DNA of 36,202 nt from an uncultured Sulfurovum sp. (lineage in GTDB: Bacteria > Campylobacterota > Campylobacteria > Campylobacterales > Sulfurovaceae), in contig CACVAR010000125.1 of assembly GCA_902727905.1 (NCBI GenBank), positions 1 to 36,202 of the forward strand. The letters run 5' to 3'. Positions 9,411-19,529 of the stretch are shown here, piece after piece. Each line of letters begins with the position of its first letter. Position 1 is the first letter of the stretch. A program made the position numbers and the translations under genes. The notes under the pieces are model-generated. The model had not been told where the DNA came from. It worked only from the letters and a program-made list of their open reading frames with translations, and made no database searches.

Positions 9411-10742
9411 TTGAAATTTCCAGCCATAGACAGCGCTAAACACAAAAAAATTCTAAAAATATCACTTCCTGCAGCTTTTAACTCTTTGCTCGATATGTTA
9501 CAGGTCATTACTGACCTTATTATGGTAGGAACTATTTCAGCCATTGCTGTTGCCTCTGTAGGTCTTGGATTACAAGCATTAATGTCTATTTTTGCTATTC
9601 TTACGTTATTACAGGTTGGAACCAATGCTTTAATCTCTCGTTTTTATGGGGCTAAGAGAATGAATCAAGGTTCACTTGCTTTAGCAACACTTTTACGGTT
9701 TGCCTTATATTTTTCAGTTTTTATGGTACCTATTTGGTATTTTGGTGCAAATGCTTTTTATGGTTGGATGGGTGTGAGTAGTGAGGTTGTGTTGTTAGGT
9801 ACTTCGTATGTTTCTATTTTAAGTATCATGATACCCTTTATAATGCTGAAGTATGTTTTTGTAACAGCACTCAATGCCACAGGAGACACAACTACCCCAA
9901 TGTATGTGAAAATAGTTTCTATTGTTTTAAATGTCTTCTTAAACTATGTGCTAATCTTTGGACATTTTGGTTTTGAAGCCATGGGCGTAGCAGGTGCTGC
10001 TTGGGCTACAGTTACGGTAAATATCTTGGAACTTTTGGTGTATGTGTGGCTTTATGCTAAAGGAAAAACACCTTTTAAACCCCTATGGTACTTTTCAAAA
10101 AACTTGTTGGACAGAGCTTTAAAGGTTGGCTTGCCAGCAACGTATGAACGTGTTTTAACAGTCTCTTCTTTTATGTTGTTTACGGCGATTATTGCTGACT
10201 ATAGTACAGAGACTTTGGCTGGATATCAGATAGGGCTTCGTATTGAAGGTTTGGCTTTTATGCCGGGTATTGGTTTTACCATTACAGCCATGGCACTGAT
10301 GGGGCAGGGGTTAGGAGCTAAAAAGCCTGAACAGTCTTATGAAGATGTTTTGTTGGTGTTAAAGTATGCAGTAGGCTTAATGTTTTTTCTTTCATTCTTT
10401 ATGATATTTACCCCAGAATGGATAGTCTCATTTTTCACCAATGATACTAAAACCATAGAAGAAGCTTCACTCTATTTACAAATAGTAGGACTCTCTCAAA
10501 TACCTTTAGCCTTCAACTTCGTACTCTCAGGAGCTTTACGTGGTGCTGGAGATTCTAAGCGAACTTTACGGATTAATTTTACTTCTTTATGGTTGGTAAG
10601 GATTATTCCAGCATTTGTATTGTCATGGTATTTTGGAGACATTATGTGGGTATACATAGCAATGATTACTGATACCTTTGTAAAAGCTTTCTTTTTATGG
10701 AGAGCTTTTGTTAAAGGCGAGTGGAAGAAGATAAAAGTTTAA
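9411..10742 (+). CDS. MATE family efflux transporter
   Basis: About 12 TM segments; TDLIMVG, ATGDTTTPM, LNYVLIFG, GVAGAAWAT, LRGAGD; TTG start. Confidence 0.92.
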   Translation: MKFPAIDSAKHKKILKISLPAAFNSLLDMLQVITDLIMVGTISAIAVASVGLGLQALMSIFAILTLLQVGTNALISRFYGAKRMNQGSLALATLLRFALYFSVFMVPIWYFGANAFYGWMGVSSEVVLLGTSYVSILSIMIPFIMLKYVFVTALNATGDTTTPMYVKIVSIVLNVFLNYVLIFGHFGFEAMGVAGAAWATVTVNILELLVYVWLYAKGKTPFKPLWYFSKNLLDRALKVGLPATYERVLTVSSFMLFTAIIADYSTETLAGYQIGLRIEGLAFMPGIGFTITAMALMGQGLGAKKPEQSYEDVLLVLKYAVGLMFFLSFFMIFTPEWIVSFFTNDTKTIEEASLYLQIVGLSQIPLAFNFVLSGALRGAGDSKRTLRINFTSLWLVRIIPAFVLSWYFGDIMWVYIAMITDTFVKAFFLWRAFVKGEWKKIKV

Positions 10743-10748
10743 AAACTA

Positions 10749-11369
10749 TTAGTATTCAATGGTTTGGGAGATGTTTTGTAAGCTATAGTTTATATCGTTG
10801 TATTGTACTTTACCATTAATTTTAACTTCAATTTGCTTAATACTATTGTTACTGTTATAGCTTATATTGCTATTTACAATTAAATCTTTTTTTAGAGCAG
10901 TGTGATTGAAAGTATAGTCTTCACTAATTTTTAAGTCTAAACTTTTAGGGTACTTTCCCTCTTCATTCATTTCTGTATAGTCTAAATTGATTTTGCCATG
11001 TTGTAGATTTTCATCTTGCTGACAGTACTCATAAGTTTGGTTGCTATTTACACTTTCATCTGTACCTGTACCCTGTGACTCTCTTAATCCAGAGACATCA
11101 CAATAGTTTGTTGTTTTACTAAGGTCAAGGGCTTCTTTCTCATTGTAGTCAGTAATATGTGTTTTAAGTATGCTGCTTACTTCTTGAGAAATTTCTTTAG
11201 CAGTGTTTGTATTGGGTATCATAACAGCATCTTTATCTGTGGTTCCAATTGAGACACCATCTCCTAAAGTAGTAGCATAAGTTGTTGTGGAGTTACTGCT
11301 TCCACAACCTTGTAGTAGAAGGATTAAGATGCTGATAGTAAAAGTGAATTTTTTTGTAACTTTTTGCAT
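10749..11369 (-). CDS. Hypothetical lipoprotein
   Basis: Lipobox LLQGC followed by a Ser/Thr linker; start placed at ATG 11369 behind an AGAGGA RBS. Confidence 0.7.
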   Translation of the reverse strand: MQKVTKKFTFTISILILLLQGCGSSNSTTTYATTLGDGVSIGTTDKDAVMIPNTNTAKEISQEVSSILKTHITDYNEKEALDLSKTTNYCDVSGLRESQGTGTDESVNSNQTYEYCQQDENLQHGKINLDYTEMNEEGKYPKSLDLKISEDYTFNHTALKKDLIVNSNISYNSNNSIKQIEVKINGKVQYNDINYSLQNISQTIEY

Positions 11370-11592
11370 GGTAATGTCCTCTTGATTCATAAATTTGATG
11401 GATTATACTTAAAGTAATATTAAATTATAAAGTAAATTTTTAACTTAAAGTAATTATTATTAAAATATTAACTTAAGTATACAGAAAAATACTTGTTTAA
11501 GAGATATGAAAAATTAATTATAATTGTTTGTTAATATTTTATTAAATATTTTATAACAATAAAAAGTAATAAGGGTGAAATAAGAGAAGCTC

Positions 11593-12672
11593 CTATTTCT
11601 TGTAGATGTCTTTGAGGTGTTGCATTTTTTTACCCATATTGAGTAGGGTCATGTCAGCCAATACCAATGCCATCATGGCTTCTGTTACGACTGAACCACG
11701 TATCGCAACACAAGGGTCATGTCGACCTTTAAGCTCAAATTTCATCGCTTCATTGGAAGTGTTTACTGTATCTTGTTCTTGAAAGATAGAAGGGGTAGGT
11801 TTGAAATGCGTTTTTACAACAATGTCATCTCCATTTGAGATACCACCAAGCATACCACCTGAATGGTTAGAAGTAAATCCATTAGGGGTGATTCCATCAT
11901 TGTTTTGGCTACCTTTTAATGAAGTAGAAGCTATACCGTCTCCAATTTCTACAGCTTTAGCTGCATTAATGCCCATCATCGCTTCTGCTAAAATAGCATC
12001 CAGCTTATAATAGAGTGGTTCACCTAAACCTTTTGGAGTACCTGTGGCAATGGTTACAACCACACCACCAACAGAGTCATGCTTGTTTTTAGCAGCTAAG
12101 ATAGCTTCTTTCTGTGCCTCTTCCACTTTTGAATCTAAGGCATAGAGCAGTGAAGTTTTTGCATGTTCAAAGTCGTAAGTATCAGCTTTAATTCCATCTA
12201 CTTCACAAAGTCCAGAAACAATCTCGACCTCTAAAGTTTTAAGCATGAGTTTTGCTATAGCCCCAGCTGCGACTCTGGCAGCTGTTTCACGTGCAGAGCT
12301 TCTTCCTCCACCACGGTAATCACGTAGACCATACTTATGAAAGTAAGTAAAGTCAGCATGACCGGGACGGAAAAGATCTTTTACATTGTCATAGTCACGG
12401 CTTTTTTGGTTTCCGTTGAAGATAATCATCATAATGGGTGTACCTGTACTAAGACCTTCAAAAGTTCCAGAAAGTATTTCTACTTTGTCATCTTCTTTTC
12501 TGGCTGTTTCAAGTTTTGACTTCCCTGGCTTTCTTCGGTTGAGTTCAGATTGAATGAAATCTTCATCTATTTCAAGTCCTGCTGGAACACCATCAACAAT
12601 GCACCCTAGAGCTTTTCCATGTGATTCACCAAAAGTAGTCATGGTAAATGCTTTTCCAAATGTATTTGACAT
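11593..12672 (-). CDS. aroC: Chorismate synthase
   Basis: TTFGESHG, RPGHAD, GGGRSSARET, GRHDPC. Confidence 0.97.
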   Translation of the reverse strand: MSNTFGKAFTMTTFGESHGKALGCIVDGVPAGLEIDEDFIQSELNRRKPGKSKLETARKEDDKVEILSGTFEGLSTGTPIMMIIFNGNQKSRDYDNVKDLFRPGHADFTYFHKYGLRDYRGGGRSSARETAARVAAGAIAKLMLKTLEVEIVSGLCEVDGIKADTYDFEHAKTSLLYALDSKVEEAQKEAILAAKNKHDSVGGVVVTIATGTPKGLGEPLYYKLDAILAEAMMGINAAKAVEIGDGIASTSLKGSQNNDGITPNGFTSNHSGGMLGGISNGDDIVVKTHFKPTPSIFQEQDTVNTSNEAMKFELKGRHDPCVAIRGSVVTEAMMALVLADMTLLNMGKKMQHLKDIYKK

Positions 12673-13349
12673 TAGGCTTCTCCTTTAAGTGTTTTGAGTG
12701 CTATTTCAGCTGCTTTTTGTTGGGCTTCTTTTTTAGACTTTCCTAAAGCAGAGGCGATGATTCTATTTTGTAATTCAACAGCAATTTCAAACTCTTTTTT
12801 ATGGTCAGGTCCAAATGAACGTACCAGTTTATAGTTTGGTGTCTCTCCAAAGTCAGCTTGGGTTAGTTCTTGTAGTGTTGTTTTAAAATCTTTTGATAAA
12901 GAGTTAAGATCAATACTTTCATAAGAAGATTCAATAAGTTTAATGGCAATGTCAGCAGAAACTTCAAGTCCAGATTCTAAGTAGATAGCCCCAATAATAG
13001 CTTCAAAAGCATTAGAAAGTAAAGAGGGTTTGGTTCTTCCATCATTGTTTTCTTCTGCTGAAGAGATGAGTAGTGCATCACCAAGGTTAATGTCAAGAGC
13101 AAGCTTTGTAAAGCCTTTTTCATTAACAAGTGAGGCACGAATCTTTGAAAGGATTCCTTCATCTTCTTTGGGAAATTTAGAGAAAAGGTATTCACCTACA
13201 ATTAAGTCGAGTACAGCATCACCTAAGAACTCTAAGCGCTCATTATTATAAGGTTTCTTATAACTTTTATGCGTAAGTGCTTCGGTGATGAGGTCATCTC
13301 TTTTAAATTTATAGTTTAAAGCCTTTTCCAGTGCTTTAATTTGTTTCAT
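12672..13349 (-). CDS. rnc: Ribonuclease III
   Basis: [12 protein letters not shown]; C-terminal dsRBD ([17 protein letters not shown]). Confidence 0.97.
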   Translation of the reverse strand: MKQIKALEKALNYKFKRDDLITEALTHKSYKKPYNNERLEFLGDAVLDLIVGEYLFSKFPKEDEGILSKIRASLVNEKGFTKLALDINLGDALLISSAEENNDGRTKPSLLSNAFEAIIGAIYLESGLEVSADIAIKLIESSYESIDLNSLSKDFKTTLQELTQADFGETPNYKLVRSFGPDHKKEFEIAVELQNRIIASALGKSKKEAQQKAAEIALKTLKGEA

Positions 13350-13369
13350 TTTTTTGTTCCTTCAATATA

Positions 13370-13813
13370 TTATATTAATGCTTTTTGTCGTTGTGCTTCA
13401 TCATAAGCAAGTTTATCACAACGTTCATTTTGTTCATGACCATCATGTCCACGTACCCAGACAGCAGTTATGTTATGTCCTTTTGAGACAGTTAAGTACT
13501 CTTCCCAAAGGTCAACATTTTTGACTTTTTTAAAGCTTTTTTTAATCCAGCCTTCGAGCCATGTGTTTATAGCATTGACAACGTAAGAACTATCTGAAAT
13601 TATGGTGATATCACAGGGTTCTTTCATCAGTTTTAAGCCTTCGATTACCCCACGAAGTTCCATACGATTGTTGGTAGTATGGGCTTCTCCACCATAAAAC
13701 TCTTTCTCATGTCCGTTAAATTCTAAAATTCCTCCATAACCACCAGGACCGGGGTTACCAAGACTTGAACCATCAGAGTAGAGAGTAACTTGTTTGCGAC
13801 TTTTTTTGGACAA
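13370..13813 (-). CDS. rnhA: Ribonuclease HI
   Basis: YSDGSSLGNPGPGG, TTNNRMEL, DSSYV, WVRGH, NERCD; start placed at TTG 13813 behind AGGAA (exact start uncertain). Confidence 0.95.
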   Translation of the reverse strand: MSKKSRKQVTLYSDGSSLGNPGPGGYGGILEFNGHEKEFYGGEAHTTNNRMELRGVIEGLKLMKEPCDITIISDSSYVVNAINTWLEGWIKKSFKKVKNVDLWEEYLTVSKGHNITAVWVRGHDGHEQNERCDKLAYDEAQRQKALI

Positions 13814-14822
13814 GGGTTTCCTTAATTTGAATGGCATCTATGGTGTAACATTTTGGACAACGTGTAAAGCCAATTGGGAAATGATGTTTACATTTTCCAC
13901 AGCCATAGTTAAAGAGTAAATCAATATTATCTTTACCACCTATTTTGGCAGAAATAATAGTGTCAATTGAAAAAATATTACTTTTTTTGTTTAGTTCTTT
14001 TGTCTCTAATTCACCTTTTGCTAGGTAGATTGCAGACAAGGTTTCATTGTTTGAAATTATATCAAAGTTGAGATTTAATGAGGGTAAGAACCATAGTATA
14101 TCAAGAATGGAGTCGATTTTTTCATAGTCAATATGCTGCCAAGCAACATTTAAATCTAAAGCAAAAAGCGCTTTCATAATCCTCCGATAAGGATGGTTTT
14201 TTTCTTGAAGTAGCTTCGTGAGTTCATCCACTTTTTTAGACTTTGAAAAGCTTTTTTCTTCTAGGAGTTTGGAAAGCTCAATATGTGCTTTAAGCTTTTC
14301 TGTTTTTTCACCTAAAATTTCAAGAGGAGTAATAATCTCTAGTGCTTTATCAAATTCATGCATCAGTTCATAGACAATACCTAAGTAGTAGAGTGCTTGT
14401 TTATTTCGAGGATGTTTGTTTAGAATTTCCAAATAAATCAATTTTGAACGCTTTAAAAAACCAGCTTTGAGATACGTTTCGCCTAACTCTTCTAGTATTT
14501 TTTCTTTTTCATAAAAGTTTGAGATATTATCTATAAGGTAGAGGTTAAGGTTGATGGACTTTTGGTACTCTCCTTGTGTCTTAAATGCTTGTGCTAAAAG
14601 GGTTAAAGGTTTAATTAATGCTTTTTCAAAAGGAATCTCTTCAATATTTAGAACAGCATTGTTTTTTTTAAAGCCACCAAGAAACTTTTTTAAAGAACTT
14701 TTTTTCTTTTTTTCTTTGTAGTTTCCGACTATTAAAGAAGAGAGGGAAACAATAATAATTAAAATAATGATGATTAAAATTGAAAAGAGTGGGTCATCAT
14801 AAGCTGGTAGAATATTGTCCAA
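13773..14822 (-). CDS. TPR protein with N-terminal TM helix and C-terminal CxxC...CxxC (LapB-like)
   Basis: TM helix, TPR helices (LGETYLKAG), CGKC...CPKC; lies between rnhA and dnaG. Confidence 0.75.
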   Translation of the reverse strand: MDNILPAYDDPLFSILIIIILIIIVSLSSLIVGNYKEKKKKSSLKKFLGGFKKNNAVLNIEEIPFEKALIKPLTLLAQAFKTQGEYQKSINLNLYLIDNISNFYEKEKILEELGETYLKAGFLKRSKLIYLEILNKHPRNKQALYYLGIVYELMHEFDKALEIITPLEILGEKTEKLKAHIELSKLLEEKSFSKSKKVDELTKLLQEKNHPYRRIMKALFALDLNVAWQHIDYEKIDSILDILWFLPSLNLNFDIISNNETLSAIYLAKGELETKELNKKSNIFSIDTIISAKIGGKDNIDLLFNYGCGKCKHHFPIGFTRCPKCYTIDAIQIKETLVQKKSQTSYSLL

Positions 14823-14887
14823 AAATTACCTTTATATTTATTGAGAAGTCGCTGTTACTATCTTAGCATATTAGATATAATACCAGT

Positions 14888-16537
14888 ATGATAGATAACG
14901 CATCAGTAGAACAACTGAAAAATAATATGGACATTGTTGAGATTATTTCAAACTATATTGAAGTAAAAAAAGCAGGAGCAAACTTTAAGGCAAACTGTCC
15001 TTTTCATGGAGAGAAGACACCGAGTTTTGTTATTAGTCCTGCTAAGCAGATTTACCATTGTTTTGGCTGTGGAGTTGGTGGAGACTCTATAAAGTTTGTT
15101 CAAGAGTATGAGAAGTTAAATTACCCAGAGGCGTTAGAAAAAATTGCCTCGATGATGAACTTTTCTTTGGCTTATACACAGGGAACTTCGGACAACAATG
15201 AAGCAAGACGAGTTCTAGAGCAGGTACAAACTTGGTATGCTAAAAATTTAGATGCTACTCCTATTTCTTTAGAGTACTTACGAAACAGAGGAATTACTCA
15301 ACAGTCTATTGAAACCTTTGGAATTGGGTATGTAGGGCAATCACAAGAACTCATGAACTTCCTTTCAGCTAACATGTTGACCATACCTAAAGCAGAAGAG
15401 GCTGGAGTAGTTGCACAACGAGAAAGGGGTGGTTTTTATGCGCGTTTGACAGAGCGAATTACCTTTCCTATCTATTCTACTTCTGGTGCTATTGTTGGTT
15501 TTGGTGGACGTACGATTACGAATCATCCTGCAAAATACATTAACTCTCCTCAAACTAAAATGTTTAATAAGTCTCGTCTTTTATATGGTTATTCAAAAGC
15601 AAAAGAGTCAATATATAGAAATAAGAAGTTAATAGTTTGTGAAGGTTATTTAGATGTTATTATGTTTCATCAGGCTGGTTTTCATGAGGCTGTTGCAACG
15701 CTAGGAACAGCATTAACAGAAGAACATTTACCCATTTTACGTAAAGGTGAACCACATGTTATTTTGGCTTATGATGGGGATAAAGCAGGAGTCGCTGCAG
15801 CTTTAAAGGCTGCAACCATGCTAACAGCTTCAGGTTTCGATGGTTCGGTAGTTCTTTTTCCTGATGGGCAAGATCCAGCAGACATGATTGCTCTTGGACA
15901 GGTACAACAAGTGGCTAATTTGTTACGAAATGGTCAAGCACTTATTCCTTTTGTGATAGAAATGATGGCTAAATCCTATGATTTAAACAACCCAAGAGAA
16001 AAAGAGGTCGCTTTTGCTTCAGTTAAAAGCTATTTAGACAATTTAACACCAATTATTAGGGAAGCATATATTGCTCATGCAGCTACTGTATTGGGAGTAA
16101 ATGTAGCACTTTTTGGTGGGAGTGTCAAGCTTGAAAATACAAAAGCACGTTTTGAAGAGGTCTCACGCGATGATGTAGGGCAGTTAAGTATTATTAAGAC
16201 ACTGATGGATAATGAAAAACTGGTTAACAAGGTGGTTAATGTTATTGAACCTGCTATGTTTGGTAATTATGCTTCATTACTGGAATCAGCAATAAATGGT
16301 GAACAAAATACAAACTTAACAGGTCTAAGTTTAGATGAAAGTATTAAAGTTATGGATGAAGAAGAATTATCGCGTTCTTTGGCTTCATATTTATTTCGCT
16401 ACTATTCGGCAAGGTTAAAAAGTATAACCACGGATGGGCAAATGCCTTTACAGCAAAAAAGCTTTTTAATACGAAAAATAAAAATGGATATTTTACCAAG
16501 ACTACGACGTGGTGAGTTGGTAACGTATAAATTTTAA
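14888..16537 (+). CDS. dnaG: DNA primase
   Basis: CPFHGEKTPSF zinc finger, CFGC, KYINSP, EGYLDV, YDGDKAG. Confidence 0.97.
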   Translation: MIDNASVEQLKNNMDIVEIISNYIEVKKAGANFKANCPFHGEKTPSFVISPAKQIYHCFGCGVGGDSIKFVQEYEKLNYPEALEKIASMMNFSLAYTQGTSDNNEARRVLEQVQTWYAKNLDATPISLEYLRNRGITQQSIETFGIGYVGQSQELMNFLSANMLTIPKAEEAGVVAQRERGGFYARLTERITFPIYSTSGAIVGFGGRTITNHPAKYINSPQTKMFNKSRLLYGYSKAKESIYRNKKLIVCEGYLDVIMFHQAGFHEAVATLGTALTEEHLPILRKGEPHVILAYDGDKAGVAAALKAATMLTASGFDGSVVLFPDGQDPADMIALGQVQQVANLLRNGQALIPFVIEMMAKSYDLNNPREKEVAFASVKSYLDNLTPIIREAYIAHAATVLGVNVALFGGSVKLENTKARFEEVSRDDVGQLSIIKTLMDNEKLVNKVVNVIEPAMFGNYASLLESAINGEQNTNLTGLSLDESIKVMDEEELSRSLASYLFRYYSARLKSITTDGQMPLQQKSFLIRKIKMDILPRLRRGELVTYKF

Positions 16538-16553
16538 AAATTAAAGGAAAAAC

Positions 16554-16835
16554 ATGGCAGCAGCAGCAAAACATATTTTGGTAGAAACAGCAGAAGAGTG
16601 TCAAGCACTTAAAGATCAAATTACTTCAGGGGAAATTACTTTTGAAGCAGCAGCAAAAGAGAAATCTCAGTGTCCATCAGGTGCGCAAGGTGGAGACTTA
16701 GGTATTTTTGATCAAGGTCAAATGGTTCCAGAGTTTGACAAAGTAATCTTTAATGATGAGTTAAAAGTGGTGCATGGACCAGTGCAAACTCAGTTTGGAT
16801 ATCACTTGATATTTATTACAAATCGTGATGGGTAG
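16554..16835 (+). CDS. ppiC: Parvulin-type peptidyl-prolyl isomerase
   Basis: HILV, SQCPSG..GGDLG, MVPEFD, TQFGYHLI. Confidence 0.93.
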   Translation: MAAAAKHILVETAEECQALKDQITSGEITFEAAAKEKSQCPSGAQGGDLGIFDQGQMVPEFDKVIFNDELKVVHGPVQTQFGYHLIFITNRDG

Positions 16836-16849
16836 AGTTTTTAATCTTA

Positions 16850-17248
16850 ATGAATGATAAGTTCATAGACCTTATAAGATGGTTGCTCATGGCAGCCATG
16901 TTGATTTATTTTGCTTATTTCAAAGGTTGGATTTTTAATAACTTTGAAAATATTTCTCCTCAACAAGCACATACATTACTTGAACAATCATCTGATATTT
17001 TACTTGTTGATGTACGTTCGAAAAAGAAATTTACTCAATATCATATAAAAAATGCTATGCATATTGAGATGAATGAGCTTGATAGTTGCAAGATAGATGC
17101 TCAAAAAGTTTTGATTTATTCTGAACGAGGAGAACGTTCTGTTCAGGCTTCCAGAGTTCTAGCGACAAGAAGTTTTGACGTTCTAAATCTTGAAGGTGGT
17201 CTTGTATTTTGGGTTCGTGCTGGGTATGAGTTGGAAAAAAATAACTAG
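16850..17248 (+). CDS. Membrane-anchored rhodanese-like protein lacking the catalytic Cys
   Basis: N-terminal TM; DVRS, HIKNA, YSERGERS, LEGGLVFW. Confidence 0.8.
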   Translation: MNDKFIDLIRWLLMAAMLIYFAYFKGWIFNNFENISPQQAHTLLEQSSDILLVDVRSKKKFTQYHIKNAMHIEMNELDSCKIDAQKVLIYSERGERSVQASRVLATRSFDVLNLEGGLVFWVRAGYELEKNN

Positions 17249-17997
17249 TTTAATCCAATCATAGACATAAAACGTCCAGAACAACCATTTTCTTTTCTAT
17301 AGGAAAAGTAATTGTCTACCTCACAAGCTGTACAAACATTAGAAAGCTCAATATTTTCGTCAATAAGTCCAGCTTCTAAGAGTTGGAGTTTATTAATATA
17401 GGGTAAATCTAACATGTATTTATCAGCTTTTTTGTCATAAGAATTTTGAACATCTTTAAAGTGTTGAGCAACATTCCAATCAACTTCATAGCAACATCTT
17501 CCAATACTTGGCGCTATTCCTGCAAGTATATACTTAGCATCAGAGTTGAAATTTTTTTTCATTTTCTCAACTGTTTTAAAAAGAATTTCTTGCTTTGTGC
17601 CTTTCCATCCAGCATGAACGGCAGCAACTACCTTATTTATAGGGTCAAAAAGTAAAATAGGTACACAGTCAGCTGTTAAGATAGTTAACATAACATCTTT
17701 TTGATTTGTAATGAGTGCATCACTGTTTTCAATGGCATTTTCTAAAGATTTCCAACCCAGTTCTTCGTTCTTGTCCACAATACATATGTTAGAAGAGTGT
17801 GTTTGATTAGCTACTATAAATTTTTTATGAGGAAAGTATTTAGAAAATTCATTTCTATTTTTTACAATTTCTTTTTTTTCTTCATTGGTATGTAAGGCTA
17901 AAGAGAAAGAGTAAGGAGAGTTTTGATCTTTCTGTGTCACCAAATGGTGACACGATTTATATTTTGAGAGCTTATGAAAAGTATAAATTTTTTTCAT
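17245..17997 (-). CDS. pgeF: Peptidoglycan editing factor / YfiH family
   Basis: QTHS, LTADCVP, HAGWKG, CYEV, CTAC, FSYR. Confidence 0.92.
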   Translation of the reverse strand: MKKIYTFHKLSKYKSCHHLVTQKDQNSPYSFSLALHTNEEKKEIVKNRNEFSKYFPHKKFIVANQTHSSNICIVDKNEELGWKSLENAIENSDALITNQKDVMLTILTADCVPILLFDPINKVVAAVHAGWKGTKQEILFKTVEKMKKNFNSDAKYILAGIAPSIGRCCYEVDWNVAQHFKDVQNSYDKKADKYMLDLPYINKLQLLEAGLIDENIELSNVCTACEVDNYFSYRKENGCSGRFMSMIGLN

Positions 17998-18039
17998 GAA
18001 TTTGTCCCTATAAAATATGTAAGTATATATGGGCTTAGA

Positions 18040-18327
18040 TTATTTCTCTTTTGCAGCACATAATTTGTCATTGTAAAAACTTCCAAATGGAATAAGTGAC
18101 ATAAGTGTTAGAATAGCCATTTCTTTTCCTGAGAATGGTGCTTCATCAGAGGCAGCGAAAAGCTGATAAAGAAATGCAAAAACAAAAATACCATGAATCA
18201 TTCCTACTATTTTAGTAGCCATTGGGATTCCAGCAAAGTATTTAAGTGGCATTGCAACAAAAAGTAAGATAAGAAAAGAGATACCTTCTACCTTATTAAT
18301 AAGACGAAATTTTTTTAGTTCAGTCAT
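18040..18327 (-). CDS. DUF3817-family small membrane protein
   Basis: FRLINKVEGISFLILL, MPLKY, GMIHG, SLIPFG; start placed at ATG 18327 behind AGGAA. Confidence 0.8.
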   Translation of the reverse strand: MTELKKFRLINKVEGISFLILLFVAMPLKYFAGIPMATKIVGMIHGIFVFAFLYQLFAASDEAPFSGKEMAILTLMSLIPFGSFYNDKLCAAKEK

Positions 18328-18514
18328 GTCTATGTTTCCTTGTGTAGTTAAATTTTTCGGATTATAGCCAAAAAGTGACAATAAAGTAGTAAATTGAGCT
18401 GATAATACACGATTAATTACAATTTTTATCATAAAATAAATATATCAGAGTTTACTTTAATTATAAAATAATATAATTAATCTGAATGAAATAAAACACT
18501 AAAAGGACAACATT

Positions 18515-19243
18515 ATGGAAAGAAGAGGTTTTTTAAAACTATCAGGAACAGCAGCAGCAGTTGTAGTAGCACCATCATTAATTACAGAAACATTAAGAGC
18601 AGACGATGGATCATTATATAAAACTTACGATAAAGTTATGTTAAAAGACTCTGAGGGTAACCCATTAAAAACAGCTAATGTAGTAGAACAAGAAAATTAT
18701 GTATTTAACTTTCCTCATGCAGCAACACCATGTATCTTAGTTAAATTAGATGGTCCAACTGATAAAACAGCAACACTTAAAGCTGATGATGGAACAGAGT
18801 ATAAATTTAGAGGTGGTTCAGGAAAAGATGGTTCAATTGTAGCTTATTCTGCTATTTGTCCTCACCAGTTAACACATCCTAAAGCAAGTACAACTTTCTT
18901 CCAGTATGTACCAAAAGGAACAAAAACTTTGGCATATGATAAAGCTGTAGGTGGAGTATTTGTATGTTCATCACATTTATCTGCATTTACACCAAAAGAT
19001 GGTGGAGCAAGAGTAACTGGTCCAGCAACTGAAGGGTTAACTCAAATTGTTCTTGAAGTTGATAAAGATGATGTAATTTGGGCTGTAGGTGCAGTAGGAC
19101 CAAATAAATTCCATGAATTTTTAACAAGCTTCAAGGCTGACCTTAAAAAAGAATATGGTCGAAACAAAGCTAAAAAACTTGTTAAAACAGAAGCAAAAGT
19201 TACTACACTTAAAAACTTCTCAAGTGATATTCAACAGTTTTAA
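18515..19243 (+). CDS. Tat-exported Rieske [2Fe-2S] protein (SoxL-like)
   Basis: Twin-arginine MERRGFLK; ligand boxes CPHQLT and CSSHLS; GPA motif. Confidence 0.82.
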   Translation: MERRGFLKLSGTAAAVVVAPSLITETLRADDGSLYKTYDKVMLKDSEGNPLKTANVVEQENYVFNFPHAATPCILVKLDGPTDKTATLKADDGTEYKFRGGSGKDGSIVAYSAICPHQLTHPKASTTFFQYVPKGTKTLAYDKAVGGVFVCSSHLSAFTPKDGGARVTGPATEGLTQIVLEVDKDDVIWAVGAVGPNKFHEFLTSFKADLKKEYGRNKAKKLVKTEAKVTTLKNFSSDIQQF

Positions 19244-19261
19244 TAACTTATTTATTTACTT

Positions 19262-19300
19262 AGGAATAGATATACTTATCTATTCCTCCTTTCCCTCTTT
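19262..19300 (+). terminator. Probable intrinsic terminator after the Rieske gene
   Basis: AGGAATAGATA-tact-TATCTATTCCT 11-bp perfect stem followed by a pyrimidine tract. Confidence 0.65.
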
Positions 19301-19529
19301 TTCTCAATCAACTTTTTTTCTTAATTTATACTTATATATGTTAAATCATTGTTAAGGCTATATATTGTGGGCATGAGCTGATAGGTAGAAGTAGTTTAAT
19401 TATAACTTTTATAAGTATAAATTATTGTTTCGATTTGTAATAATTTATTAGACTAAACAAGCAATTTTTATCTTCTGTTAAAGTTTTCTGCGTTATCATC
19501 ATTGTATCAAAACATTTAAAAGGATACTC

